DNA of 64,000 nucleotides from Enoplolaimus lenunculus (Eukaryota): NCBI GenBank assembly GCA_030248215.1, contig JASANG010002365.1, positions 1 to 64,000 of the forward strand, read 5' to 3'. Shown piece by piece: positions 1 to 11,341 of this stretch (position 1 is its first letter; each line of letters starts with the position of its first letter). The notes under the pieces were generated by a model. It saw only the letters and a program-made list of their open reading frames with translations, ran no database searches and was not told where the DNA came from. The position numbers and the translations under genes were made by a program.

Positions 1-282
1 TGCACATGCATTTCTATTGGCCACTCTGAAACCATGCTGATAAGCGGTTTTGAATTTAGACTTTTTGAATTTATTCAAGAAGCTTGAATTAAAAAAACAT
101 CATACTTGAACCGAATTAAGCCAGCGTCAGTGAAGCAAACATCACATTAAGCTGTCGTTCAGATAGCTCAATGTTAGTCTTAGAAGCGTCTCTTTTTTTT
201 ATCTCGAAATCAATTTTTTTACCTCGAAATCAATATTTTGAGTTTTTTTGTAGATTTTCATGTTGTGGTCGGTTCTTGTTCA

Positions 283-285
283 ATA

Positions 286-337
<52 letters not shown>

Positions 338-342
338 TATAT
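283..342. repeat. (TA)n microsatellite
   Basis: About 30 TA units with occasional TG interruptions. Confidence 0.95.
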
Positions 343-1178
343 CAAGGTTTAGAAATTGTTGGTGCCAACACTCAAAAAACCATTCTGAATACACAGCCAA
401 TGAAATTTAGCTCTCTCTCTCTCAAACTTAGACAAAAATTCTTTAACGTTGACAGGTAGAGCAATATGCGTTCTCGTTATTTCTATATCTACATTTTAGG
501 AATGAAAGCTGTATCGTTGATTTTCATTGTATTTTATTCCTAGAATTGGAGATGGAGCAGTCGATTGAAGTCTACTACGTCAGCATAAAAATATTTTAAA
601 CAAAGCCGATGCTCAGTGGATAGAGATTCTGGTTTCCGCAAAAAAATAACGTTAAATGTGTAATTTTTGTGCCAAACATAAGAACACGGATGCGTTTGGT
701 TTTATACAAATTTGTTGACATCAAGGCTAAATTATAGCCTTTCACTATTAAGGACAAAATGTAACTCCAGATAGGGTTGTTACAACGTCAACCCTGTTAG
801 GGTAGCGGTATACTTTTGATGACTTCCGGTCGCCGTCCGTCACCCGTAACGGCACCATCCGTCACCGTGCGTCACGGTGCGGTATCGTACGCAAATTACT
901 CAAGTACCATACAGAGGCGGGCTGAAGGACTACAGGCCCTTCCATAAATTCGCCGTCGATCACGAACAAGTAATAGGTTTTCAAACTCACTAACTATTGC
1001 CGTTGTTGAACTTATTAAAATTAGTACAGGAGTAGAGCAAATGATACGCGAAGCATGTGAATTTAGTGCCACAGCATTCACTGGTTCGACAGTTACAGGA
1101 CCTATCACCAACAGGTGATAGGTGCTGCACACATTTTAGAATCAGGGACCTTATTTTGAAATATAATACTTTTTTGAA

Positions 1179-1440
1179 CCCCCTCTCAGGTAGAGTTGAC
1201 TATGGGCAACTTAGTGCAATGTATATACGTTAAATACTATATATCGCACAGTGTTTAACAATTGCAACACGTATACATAGTACTAAATCACCACAAGACG
1301 TGAAAGCCCCTCGGGCTCGAGCGTCAAGCTCCAATAGCTGAGTGGTGATGGTAAACGCCTCCCACTCCAGTCACTGGAGTTCGAATCCTAGCATAAAAGA
1401 AGGTTTCAGATGAAATAGAAAATATTCATGTGATAAAGGG
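1179..1440 (+). mobile_element. piggyBac-type MITE copy with tRNA-like cassette
   Basis: Ends ATGTGATAAAGGG|TTAA; reverse-orientation match to the copy at 18188-18450. Confidence 0.75.
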
Positions 1441-1941
1441 TTAAGAAAATTTACGTTATCTTAACACATTATGTAATCGTTATAAAGGCAACCACAATTG
1501 TTTGCAAAAAGGTACGACTACCTCGTCCAATCGGCTGTGATATTATGATTTGTTAATTGCTCTCTATTGTATACAATCGGGTTTAACATTCTGCTCAAAT
1601 ACGGCAAATTTCGCTGTCATCGCGTCACTTTTACCTCATTTTCACGAACCAGAAGCCAGTTTTGACCAGCTTATTTCACTCATCGATTCATACAAGTCAA
1701 TTACGAAACGAAACCAAAACAACCAGTTTTCAATGCTTAATTACTGACCATAATTTTAAAATTTAACTAAATTTTGGTTATAATTAACGTATAAAGGATA
1801 ACAATTTAAAATTTAGCAAATGTTTAATTTTTATAACCATAGATAATTTGACCGCAATAAAAAATAATAACAGAAACACGCTTTAGCATCGCGTATTTTA
1901 GCAATTACTAAAACGCTTTTAGTATTTCTTAACATATCAAA

Positions 1942-3804
1942 ATGTCTACTGAACAATTAATTGCACAATCAGCCATAAACATTTGTGTTGCATACTGCAA
2001 TAGTGCACGCAACGCAGTTGACGATATTGCACTAATTGCATCAATTGCAATTACTATGCTAATTATTAACATTGGTTGGTATTTGCTATATTTACGTCTA
2101 AAGCATGATTTAGCTACACTTGGTCTAAAATTATGCCCACGATGCAATGATTATAAAGATGACGATTATGAAACCCTGATTACGAATTCAAATATGAACC
2201 ATACCAGCATTGAAATGCATCAAAGCGAATTAGCTGTTGTTATGGAAGATACCAGTAGAAGCAATCAAAGGTTGGTTCAAATTTCGCCAAGGTCACTTAC
2301 GATTGGGCGGTTGATTGGCGAGGGGGCATTTGGTAATGTCTACATCGCTCGATGGGCCGACGCGGTTCCATCGTATGGAACATTCAGTAAACCAAAATCG
2401 ATCCTGTCTAAAGTCGATGATAACGCGCCAGAAGTAGTTGCGTTGAAATGCGGCAAAACCGACACCTTTGATTTGTTGATCAGGAATGAGTTGAAAATGT
2501 TGACTCGACTAAAGCAACATCCAAATATTGTCAACTTGCTCGGTGTGAGCTCATCTTTGAACGGTAGCGAGCAACTTGTGTTCGAATACATGAATTGTGG
2601 TGATCTACAAAGTTTGCTCAAACATACGGCTTTACAACAACAAGATCTCACCAACGAACGGAATCGTCAGAACGACTCTGGCAGCTGTCAGCAATACTTG
2701 GCCGCATTCGACTTGAAGAATACTCCAATGGACTTAACCAATCCTGGTGGACTACTGAATAGCGAACCTAAACTTCAAAACGTGAAATCAACCAATAAAT
2801 GGTGTGAACACAAACCAACGACGTGTCGAACCGGTGAAAAATGGTCAAACCTGAACGAACTTTTGGCGAAGAATTGTAGTCAAGCATCGAATTCTGAATT
2901 CTGTCCGAATCAACCGCAAATTATCAATAAATTTTCTCGACGGCACGCGCATATGCCTCCAATTGGCGCTGTTGAAATGTTGACATTTGCGCGTCAAATT
3001 GCGTCAGGTTTGTCATATTTGCACGCGAATCGAATGGTACATCGGGATATTGCAGCACGAAATTGTTTGGTTTCACGCAATCCAGCATGGGTTGTGAAAA
3101 TTGCTGATTTTGGCATGGCACGAGTTACAACGGCGCCGACCAAACCATCCGAAGATATGAGACCAAGGTTGCAAAATCAATCCAGTATAAACTCTGAAGA
3201 CATATTCAATTTGGATTCAGCTCGTGATTCTGGTGTTAAAATTAACAATTACTACGATTCGGTAAATATGTCAGATATACAACATGGTGAAATGTTGCCT
3301 TTACGATGGCTTGCACCGGAATGTCTGATATCAAAACAATTTACCGCCGCATCAGACGTGTGGAGCTTTGGAGTTGTACTGTGGGAAATTTTCTCACGGG
3401 GTCAAACGCCATGGGCAGAATATACAAACGCTCAAGTATGCAGTATCATTCGACAATCCAAACTACTTCCGCGTCCAGAACCATTCCGCTTATTCCAAAG
3501 CGGTGATCGGCTCAAACAGATTGAATTGGCGAGAAAATCTGTCTCTGAGCGCGTCAGCCATGACGAAATTTCAAATATGGCAACAAACGACAAAATTTGT
3601 CATTTGGTTTATGCGCTTATGCTTAAATGTTGGCGTCCACATCCGAGTCAGCGAATTCCAGCGGCTGAAGCTGTGTCGATGCTTGAACTTCTGCATTCTA
3701 AACTTTTACGAGCTGAACATCAAAGATTCAAACAATGCCATGTAAACAACTTGAGAAGGGAATCAATATATACTGATTGTCGACTCTACTTTACAGCAGT
3801 ATGA
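1942..3804 (+). CDS. Single-exon transmembrane protein tyrosine kinase (Ror/Trk/insulin-receptor superfamily-like catalytic domain), 620 aa
   Basis: Motifs GEGAFG, VALK, HPNIVNLLG, FEYMNCGDL, HRDIAARN, KIADFG, LPLRWLAPE, SDVWSFG. Hydrophobic segment IALIASIAITMLIINIGWYLLYL followed by RLK. In-frame TAA just upstream of the ATG. Confidence 0.93.
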   Translation: MSTEQLIAQSAINICVAYCNSARNAVDDIALIASIAITMLIINIGWYLLYLRLKHDLATLGLKLCPRCNDYKDDDYETLITNSNMNHTSIEMHQSELAVVMEDTSRSNQRLVQISPRSLTIGRLIGEGAFGNVYIARWADAVPSYGTFSKPKSILSKVDDNAPEVVALKCGKTDTFDLLIRNELKMLTRLKQHPNIVNLLGVSSSLNGSEQLVFEYMNCGDLQSLLKHTALQQQDLTNERNRQNDSGSCQQYLAAFDLKNTPMDLTNPGGLLNSEPKLQNVKSTNKWCEHKPTTCRTGEKWSNLNELLAKNCSQASNSEFCPNQPQIINKFSRRHAHMPPIGAVEMLTFARQIASGLSYLHANRMVHRDIAARNCLVSRNPAWVVKIADFGMARVTTAPTKPSEDMRPRLQNQSSINSEDIFNLDSARDSGVKINNYYDSVNMSDIQHGEMLPLRWLAPECLISKQFTAASDVWSFGVVLWEIFSRGQTPWAEYTNAQVCSIIRQSKLLPRPEPFRLFQSGDRLKQIELARKSVSERVSHDEISNMATNDKICHLVYALMLKCWRPHPSQRIPAAEAVSMLELLHSKLLRAEHQRFKQCHVNNLRRESIYTDCRLYFTAV

Positions 3805-3829
3805 CGAGGGTGCCACTTTAAGCCCAACC

Positions 3830-4273
3830 ATGTGCGCTATACTTCTTTAACGTGCGGCGCCGTTCGTCACCCGCACGGTACCGTCCGTCACCCGCACGGT
3901 ACCGTCCGTCACCCGCACGGTACCGTCCGACGCGATCCGTCACCCATATGGTACCGTTCAACGCCGTCCGTTACCAACATGGTACCGTCCAACGCCGTCC
4001 GTCACTCCACACCGTACCGTCCAACGCCGTCCGTCTCCCACACGGTACCGCCCGACGCCGTCCGTCACCGTGCGGGATAGTGCGCAAATCACTCACGTAC
4101 GATAACGTATGGTACGAACGGTAACGGACGGCGCCGTACGGATGACGTTCGGCGCCGTCCGTCAACGTATGGCACGAACGGTAACGGACGGCGCCGTACG
4201 GATGACGGTCGGTGACGGACGACGCCGAACGCGTGACGGACCGGCGTCGAACGTCAAGTATAGCGCAACCCTA
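3830..4273. mobile_element. MITE of the GGGTTGCGCTATACTT-TIR family with GC-rich CCGTCCGTCACC internal repeats
   Basis: Left TGCGCTATACTT, right AAGTATAGCGCAACCC. Related copies at about 797-910, 27260-27390, 34450-34790, 38088-38309, 39598-40293 and 42100-42170. Confidence 0.75.
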
Positions 4274-5461
4274 ATAAATCATAGCTGGTCGGGTACAAAA
4301 CAGAGACGCTGTTTCTGGACATTTACTAGCAATATATAAAAAGTTTTGTTTGTCCAGCGAAATTTTTTGCTTAACAATTTTCAATTCGCCGTGTTTTTTC
4401 GCTGAATGTTTTCCAAATTTCAAATATTAAATAGAAAAAGTACTTTAGTAGTGTTTTTATTTTGACAATTAAACCATGACGTCTTTCATACAATCATTGA
4501 AACACATAGACATGTTTTACTTTTCTGTAAACGTTACACTTTTCTGCAATAGAGTAAGCTTGAAGGTTTAGACTGCTGGCCAATATATAGAACAGGTTCG
4601 TGACAGTAGTATAAGCATATTCCTAAGCCGAAGAGTGAATTTTTAAAATTGATTGCACATTTCACAATTTGCATGCACTACAAAATGTACATGTACATTT
4701 AAGATGGTGCGCTTAGCGTTTTTCTACAGGACTTCAATACAGTAAGCGTAAAGCTTCGACTAATATTTGCAGCTTAGTCTTTTGCTAAGGTTTAGGTATA
4801 ACCTCATTCTTACGCTTTGGCTTAGGATTGGGCTTAGAAATATGCTTTTACTTATGGTACGACCCTGTTCTATACATTGGCACGTAAAGATCGAAACATA
4901 ATCGGGTACAACAAGCACATCCATTGCGATATGGACCGGGCAATTTGCATCAATAAATCACTATGACTTTTTTCACATTATACGTTGCTCAATCCGTAAG
5001 TGGTTTATGCAACGGGAGGGACAAAGAGAATATATCCCCGTTTGAAATTTATGTACCAAATTAAAATGCACTTGAAGTAGGCTTTCGAATTTTAGAACAG
5101 TGTTCTAGACTTTAGAATTTTTTAAAAAATATTTCGTGAAGTTACTGCCTCCCAAAATCAAATCCTGGCTACGCCACTGTGGATCGTGGGAAATATTTCC
5201 CTCTAGCATATGCGCTCCCTGCTTTTAGATAAAGCTGCGGCGCAACTGGACCTTGAATTTTCCACCCCCAGTCCTGTCGCTCTTTGGTTTGTTGCGTGTG
5301 GCTATACGACGGGCAGCTATCCGCCATACTTTAAAGTACCGCACCACTCAAAATTTGTTTTGTAGTACGAATCTATGCCAATTCGTTACCTGATAACTTG
5401 TTCCGCAACCGATTTAGCATGTATTGCCTATGTCGTCTATGACATGTTTCTTTCAAACTTC

Positions 5462-5724
5462 GGCCCATGTAAAGATCAGGGGCGCAACGTTTTTCTGTAG
5501 GACTGCATTAGAGTAAGCTTAAGCTTTATACTATTTTTTTGTTTGGCTTAGGCTTAGGCTTAGGCTTAGGCTAGGCTTAGGAATATGCTAATTCTTACGC
5601 TTAGGCTTAGGCTTAGGCTAGGCTTAGGAATATGCTAATTCTTACGCTTAGGCTTAGGCTTAGGCTTAGGCTTAGGTTTAGGTATGTTTATAATACTGTT
5701 CCGCCCGTGTTCTTTACATTGGTC
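5462..5724. mobile_element. TTAGGC-carrying MITE, 8-bp TSD (CAAACTTC)
   Basis: TIRs GGCCCATGTAAAGATCAGGGGCG / CCGCCCGTGTTCTTTACATTGGTC. Perfect 8-bp direct repeat at 5454-5461 and 5725-5732. Internal (TTAGGC)n. Confidence 0.9.
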
Positions 5725-5808
5725 CAAACTTCTGATACAATTTTCATAGCATTTTGAATAGAAACAACAAAATTGATTTTAAATATTAATATGTAAACGA
5801 TAACAGAA

Positions 5809-6078
5809 ATGACGTCAAATACGTCATATTTCGCGTCACATTTGTGGACACTGCGTCGCATTGAAAGCGTCCAATCAATTTTGGGCACGTGTCCTTCGAT
5901 CATTAGTGCTTTTGAAACACCTGCACTAATCAGTTATCCTCAACTGATCATATTATACGTGTTGCCATTGTTCATTTTGTTGCGTCCAAAGTTGCCACTG
6001 CGTGTTGCGATTGTTGCAAGTGTTGCAACTGTTGCTGGAACGCTTTTACAAGAACGAATTTGTTGCTCACAAAAATAA
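5809..6078 (+). pseudogene. Orphan duplicate of exon 1 of the G6Pase-like gene
   Basis: Near-identical to 15872-16116 (MTSNTSYFASHLWTLRRIESVQSILG...). The donor TCGAT|GTAAG is replaced by TTACAAG, and no copy of exons 2-5 follows. Confidence 0.8.
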
Positions 6079-6321
6079 TTTAGCCCCTCAAAGTAATGTT
6101 TAATGCCGATTGCAAGTCAAGTAAACTCGGCGAATGTCCCTTTGTATAATTGTTTTGGTTTAGGTATTGAGCCTGGCTACAGGCCAGGTAGACATATTTG
6201 ACTGATGTTGCGGTAAGATTACTGAAAAAACTTACTTTTACGTTGACATATTTACGATCATGATCGGATTTCTGAAACCCTGCTAATGCGTATTTAAAGA
6301 TACAGAGAATTTTTTCAATAA

Positions 6322-6583
6322 TCCTTTCTCACATGAATATTTTCAGTTTTATATGAGATATAATTTCAAGGTAAGATTCGATCCCCGGTTTCTCGGGTGG
6401 GAGGCGTTTACGATGACCACTGAGCTATAGGCGCTTGACGCTCGAGCCCGAGGTGGCTGTCACGTCTTGTAGAGATTTTGCACTACGCATATATGTTATA
6501 AATGTTACACACTGCTCACAGTATGTGTATTGCTCGTACGTTATTGTATTTAGTTGCTCATACTATACTCTATGAGTAAAGGG
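6322..6583 (-). mobile_element. piggyBac-type MITE copy with tRNA-like cassette (subfamily 2)
   Basis: CCTTTCTCACATGAATATTTTC ... TATGAGTAAAGGG|TTAA; similar to 44899-45163. Confidence 0.75.
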
Positions 6584-6793
6584 TTAATGTTACACCTGAA
6601 GCAATTGCTTAGCAATTACTTAACCAATTTGTCGTTTATAAAAATCGTAATAAAGAAGGCCTAAAATGAGCGACAAAACTATAATTATGTCATTTTGTTG
6701 GTTTCAAGGACACATCTTTCTTTATTGTCCCAGTTTACTCCAATCGCGAACATATCTCTGTACGTACAAGCACATAAAAACTTAGCTTTCAAG

Positions 6794-7007
6794 TGCCCAT
6801 ATTCTCAAATGTGTATATCATCAGTTAGTAATAGGTTTTCAAACTCACAAACTGCTGCAGCTATTGAACTCAAAATTGTCACAAAGGTAGAGCAAATCAT
6901 ATGCGAAAAATATGCTAAAATTTGAGCTTTAGCATTCATTGGTTCGAAAGTTACAAGACCTACCATCAACTGGTGATAGGTGCTACGCACAGTTGAGAAT
7001 ATGGGCC
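6794..7007. mobile_element. MITE with GGCCCATATTCTCAAA TIRs
   Basis: GCCCATATTCTCAAATGTG ... TTGAGAATATGGGCC. Other copies at about 960-1150, 38994-39184, 46100-46320, 51482-51703 and 53386-53607. Confidence 0.8.
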
Positions 7008-7220
7008 AAGCTTAGCAGCCGAAGCGGCCCCTAAACCGCATTTATTTCTGTAGGCATTTGCAATTTCTGTCTTTACACCCTACAAAAACTATAAATTGTC
7101 CGAAACGTTTCTAATTTCATTTAATAATTGTTTTTGCTTTTATAGTCTCCATCATAGAACAGGGCCGTAACAGTAGTATTTATCATAAAATGCTTCTAGT
7201 AGCCGTTTTGGCTTCATCAA

Positions 7221-10200
7221 TTAAACAAGTTTTTCATTCATACATAAATTGAAACACTTCTTTTTTTCATTCGTGAATGACGATTTATCATCTGGGTTGG
7301 TATCACAGTTTTTCCCGCAATCTGAAATATTACTAAAGTATTCATAGACTTTTACTTCAAAACAACATAAAATTGTCTCATTTTTAAGTATTAAGTGTTG
7401 GTGTTCAGATTTTGTAGCAAGTTCGTTGAAGGTACGACTGTATGATCATATCTTTTGGACAAGAGTGTGCAACTGGGTTATTTTGAGTAGAAACGAACAT
7501 TAATTCTAACTCGCATTTGACGTGCGTTTAATTTGACGTCTACATCGTCAAAATATGGCCGGTGGAACAAAAACACTGCACGTGCTGGTGCATTTTTAGA
7601 CCGTGCAGAAGTCAAGTAGTTGCATATTGATCCAGGAAGGTCACATTTGCGTGGGATCGTATTAATTTAAGCTTTAGCTTTAGACTAATTTTCTTAGACG
7701 TAATATCACTTAATCTTTGGAGTAGGTGTATTCTTTAGGCTTATAAGCTTAGGCTTAGGAATATGCTTATACTACTGTTACGACCGTGTTCCGTATATTG
7801 GCTATTTTTTCTAAGGGCGGTTATTCACTCTTGGTTTAGCTAATATTTTAAAGGTTTTTAAAGTTTTTAACTAATTAAAATTTTTTGTGTAATTTTACGT
7901 CTTGGGCGTATTTGAATTTGAAAATAACTTTTTGTTCAGGTATAGTTTAGGCTTAGGCTTATAATTAGGTTGTAAGTATAAACTCATTCTTTTGCTTCGG
8001 TTTGCCTTATTTTTAGGTTTTTAGGCTTATTTTAAAGGTATACAACAAACAAACTAAACTTTGCTAAAACATCGACAATTTTATAATCTGGAAACCGGTA
8101 TATTTTGACATCTGCGCAGCAGTTAAGCTGTGCTTTTGTGGAACTTCAATAATATATCCTTACCCAACGGTTAAAAACATTAAAAGTAGCTTAAAAAACC
8201 AGGCAAACGTGAACAATTATATTATAAACTTCACTAACCTGCAGCCGCTTTCTGAGCACACGGCGCTGCACACTGGAGTTGTTCCACCGTCAAATCCTTT
8301 GGATCAGTTCCTTTTTCTGCTCCGCAATCGGTAAAACAGCCTAAAATGATTATTTTAAACATTACTACAAAATAGCTTTTTGCGGATGTATCACACTGAC
8401 AGAACCTATGAAATGGTTCGCAACATAATTTATGTAATTTTTAAAACCAAAAAGGTTAAGGCAGCATCAAACCCGTAGCCAGCCCACCTTGCAAGGGGGA
8501 GTTCAAAATTTTTTAGGAGCAGCATACAAATGTTTGTGATGATTTGCAGGCAATTTTAAAAATTCTCTAGAGTTAGTAATATTTTTAAGAGGGGCTTTAG
8601 CTTTCCTGGTCACTCTCTGACTACACGCCCGGGCAGTGCCTAATTTGTCTTATTTTAATGGCGTTTACTATTGTCGGGTACCATACAACTATGTACGCAC
8701 ACAGTGAGCATCATGGTTCCACTCTTATCAGACCAACGGCAGTTTTGCCTCAGAACAATGTTAATCACGGCTGACAATTACTGTTACCAAGAGTCGATAA
8801 TTGTGTCAACAAGAGTGTGCAACTGGGTACATTCTGTGTACAAACGAATGTACCAGGCACGCGTTGCATTTTTCCCTTACCCCCCGCTCATTTGGGGGTG
8901 TTGAAACCTTGAACGCAGGCAAATACTGTTGCGATACACAGTGCAAACATTGTTCGATTGTAATCTTGATTTAGGTTTAACTGAGTTCTGTGTGCAGTTG
9001 ACCACCATATTATTGACTCTTGCTGTTACATACTGAAATTGGATCTATAAACCGTAGAATTATGCAAACATATTAATTCAATTACAAAGCGAATTGTGGT
9101 GGTATTTTGATTTTACGAATGACTGGCGATAAAACGCAACGAATATTTGAAGGATTGAAGATTTTTAGTATTTATGAAAAGCTAAAGTTATTATGTTCGG
9201 GGTTGAAAAATAACAAAGTTTCAATGGTTTTTGACTAGAATATAATTTTTCCAGCTGAATCACACATACAAATCCAACCTTATTGTGTATTAAGATCAGA
9301 AGATTGGCAGGGAACTTTGTTGATAAGTTTCACATTTTTGGTTCAAATCAAATTGATGCTCATAAAATATGTGACAAACAGTTTCAGAATAGTTGTATCT
9401 TACCGTCAAAAACAGTGTATGAATGAGCATATTATACCTTAGCCTAAGCCTAAGCAAACAAATAGTCTAAAGCTTAAGCTTACTCTACTGCAGTTCCGCA
9501 AAAAAACATTCCGCCCCTGATCTTTACATGAAACGAGAGTCTCAATCTGGTAAACGGGCATTAGGCTCATAAAATATGAAATTATCAGCTTCAGAAGTTT
9601 TACAATAAACCAAGAAATAATTTAAGTTAACGTTAATTAGTGTTTTAGACTAGGAGTGGTACGTTTTTCTGCGGGAATGCAAATAAAGTAGCTTAACCTT
9701 TAGACTTACTTTTTGCAAAGGCTCAACCTTAGGCTTGAGTATAATATGATAATTCTTACGCTTACGCTTAGGTACAGGAATATGCTTAAACTACTGTTGT
9801 TGCCCTGTTCTATTCGTTGGCTTAAGTTTAAACTACTAGCTTACCTGATACGTAAGTGACACAAACTGTAGCCAGGACAAAATACAAAATTAGACGATTC
9901 CTGAAGCAATAAAATTTAAAATAAAGCTTTGAAATAAAAACGCTCAAATTATAGTATAAAACTACTGTTCTTACGCATAAATCAAACTGAATTTCGGGTC
10001 AAAAGATTTTAACAATTTGACTGTCTTACGAGAAATTATAACACAAAATTATTACGCGATATATGGGGCTATTTTAAAATGTTAAAATATTTTTTAAAAA
10101 TTACTAAATTGCAAACTGTGTACGGAAAATAAATATATGCCGTATACACCGCAAATTCTAATGAGTTGACTAATCAACTCAGCTAGCAAATCGGTTCTTT

Positions 10201-11341
10201 TTGTCAGTCACACGTTACAAACTTTACTCTGCGCATACGCAACGTCCGACAGTATAGTTAGCCAACTAAATGTCCGCCTCTAGTACAACTATAAAAGCGG
10301 ACATTTTGATACCGTTGTTCGTAGCGAAAAATGTCTACATAGCTATTGATATGACTACTGTATGTACGGTACAGTGTTTTTATGCAACTTATACAATACT
10401 ATATTTTTCGAATTGATTAACATTGCATTATGTTGTAGCCGACGTGGCACGAACGACGGAATGGTGAATTGCAGTATATGTATATCTAAAACAAAAGAAT
10501 CAGCACAGCGAATAAAGTTCCTGAATATTTGCATAATAATTCGATACCAAAACAAATTTTACAGCAAGCCGACTAGGTCCGATGAAAGTATTTTACAGAC
10601 TAAAAACAAACGTTCGGATACTGCACAACCATGGTATAGCACACGTCAACTGTTTACCAGAAAGTCGTGATTTCAGAATATTTAAACTGTGCGTATGTTT
10701 TTATCAATGATTTATTAGTTATAAAATGCAAGTGCGCGTCGCAAACAATAACTTTGGTGTTCTAGATTGAGATAAGTTAGCATTCAACGTTGGAAATTGC
10801 AAAATATTGCTATGATGACAAATGTACCCCCAGTGCAGCTCTCAGAACTGAACTTTTACAATCATTATAATTTATTCCGTATATATTATCTACTTTTAAA
10901 ATATATGTTATATATAAGAACTAACATTTAAAACTTTAAGCAAGCTACACCGTTATTGTCACACAAATTTTGTCCGCACACCGTTGAGCTAAACTCATAA
11001 ATGTCCGCTTATTAGCTATGTCATCAGGGGACAAATCGTAAGTATAGTAGACGGTACAGACGTTTATACAGTTCCAGTAGAACAGCGTGGACTTTATTTG
11101 GTGCGCAATCAACACACCGTAACGTGTGAATGACAAGTTTAGCGTTGTTACGGTGAAGGTGACACATATTTTGAAGGCTGTCGCCTGATCCCCAGACCCG
11201 TCTGCAGCGAGGGATCGCAGGTCAAGCTCCAATATCTGAGTGGTCATTGTAATCGACTCGAACCCAAGGGACTGCCATTGAATTCATTGACTGAAACTTG
11301 ATAACAGTTGAAATGCAAAAATAATTAAAAATTACTTACAT
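7221..11341 (-). CDS. Small secreted cysteine-rich protein, 86 aa, four CX3C motifs
   Basis: Exons 11341-11340 (AT|gtaagt), 9900-9845, 8340-8239, 7321-7221; all GT-AG and phase-compatible. Translation MNRLILYFVLATVCVTYVSG-CFTDCGAEKGTDPKDLTVEQLQCAAPCAQKAAADCGKNCDTNPDDKSSFTNEKKKCFNLCMNEKLV*. The position of the first 2-nt coding exon is the least certain part. Confidence 0.8.

Noticed and set aside
5545..5685. TTAGGC arrays as a true telomere or telomere-healing site
   Set aside because: Short, degenerate, found in both orientations across the window, and enclosed by TIRs and TSDs.
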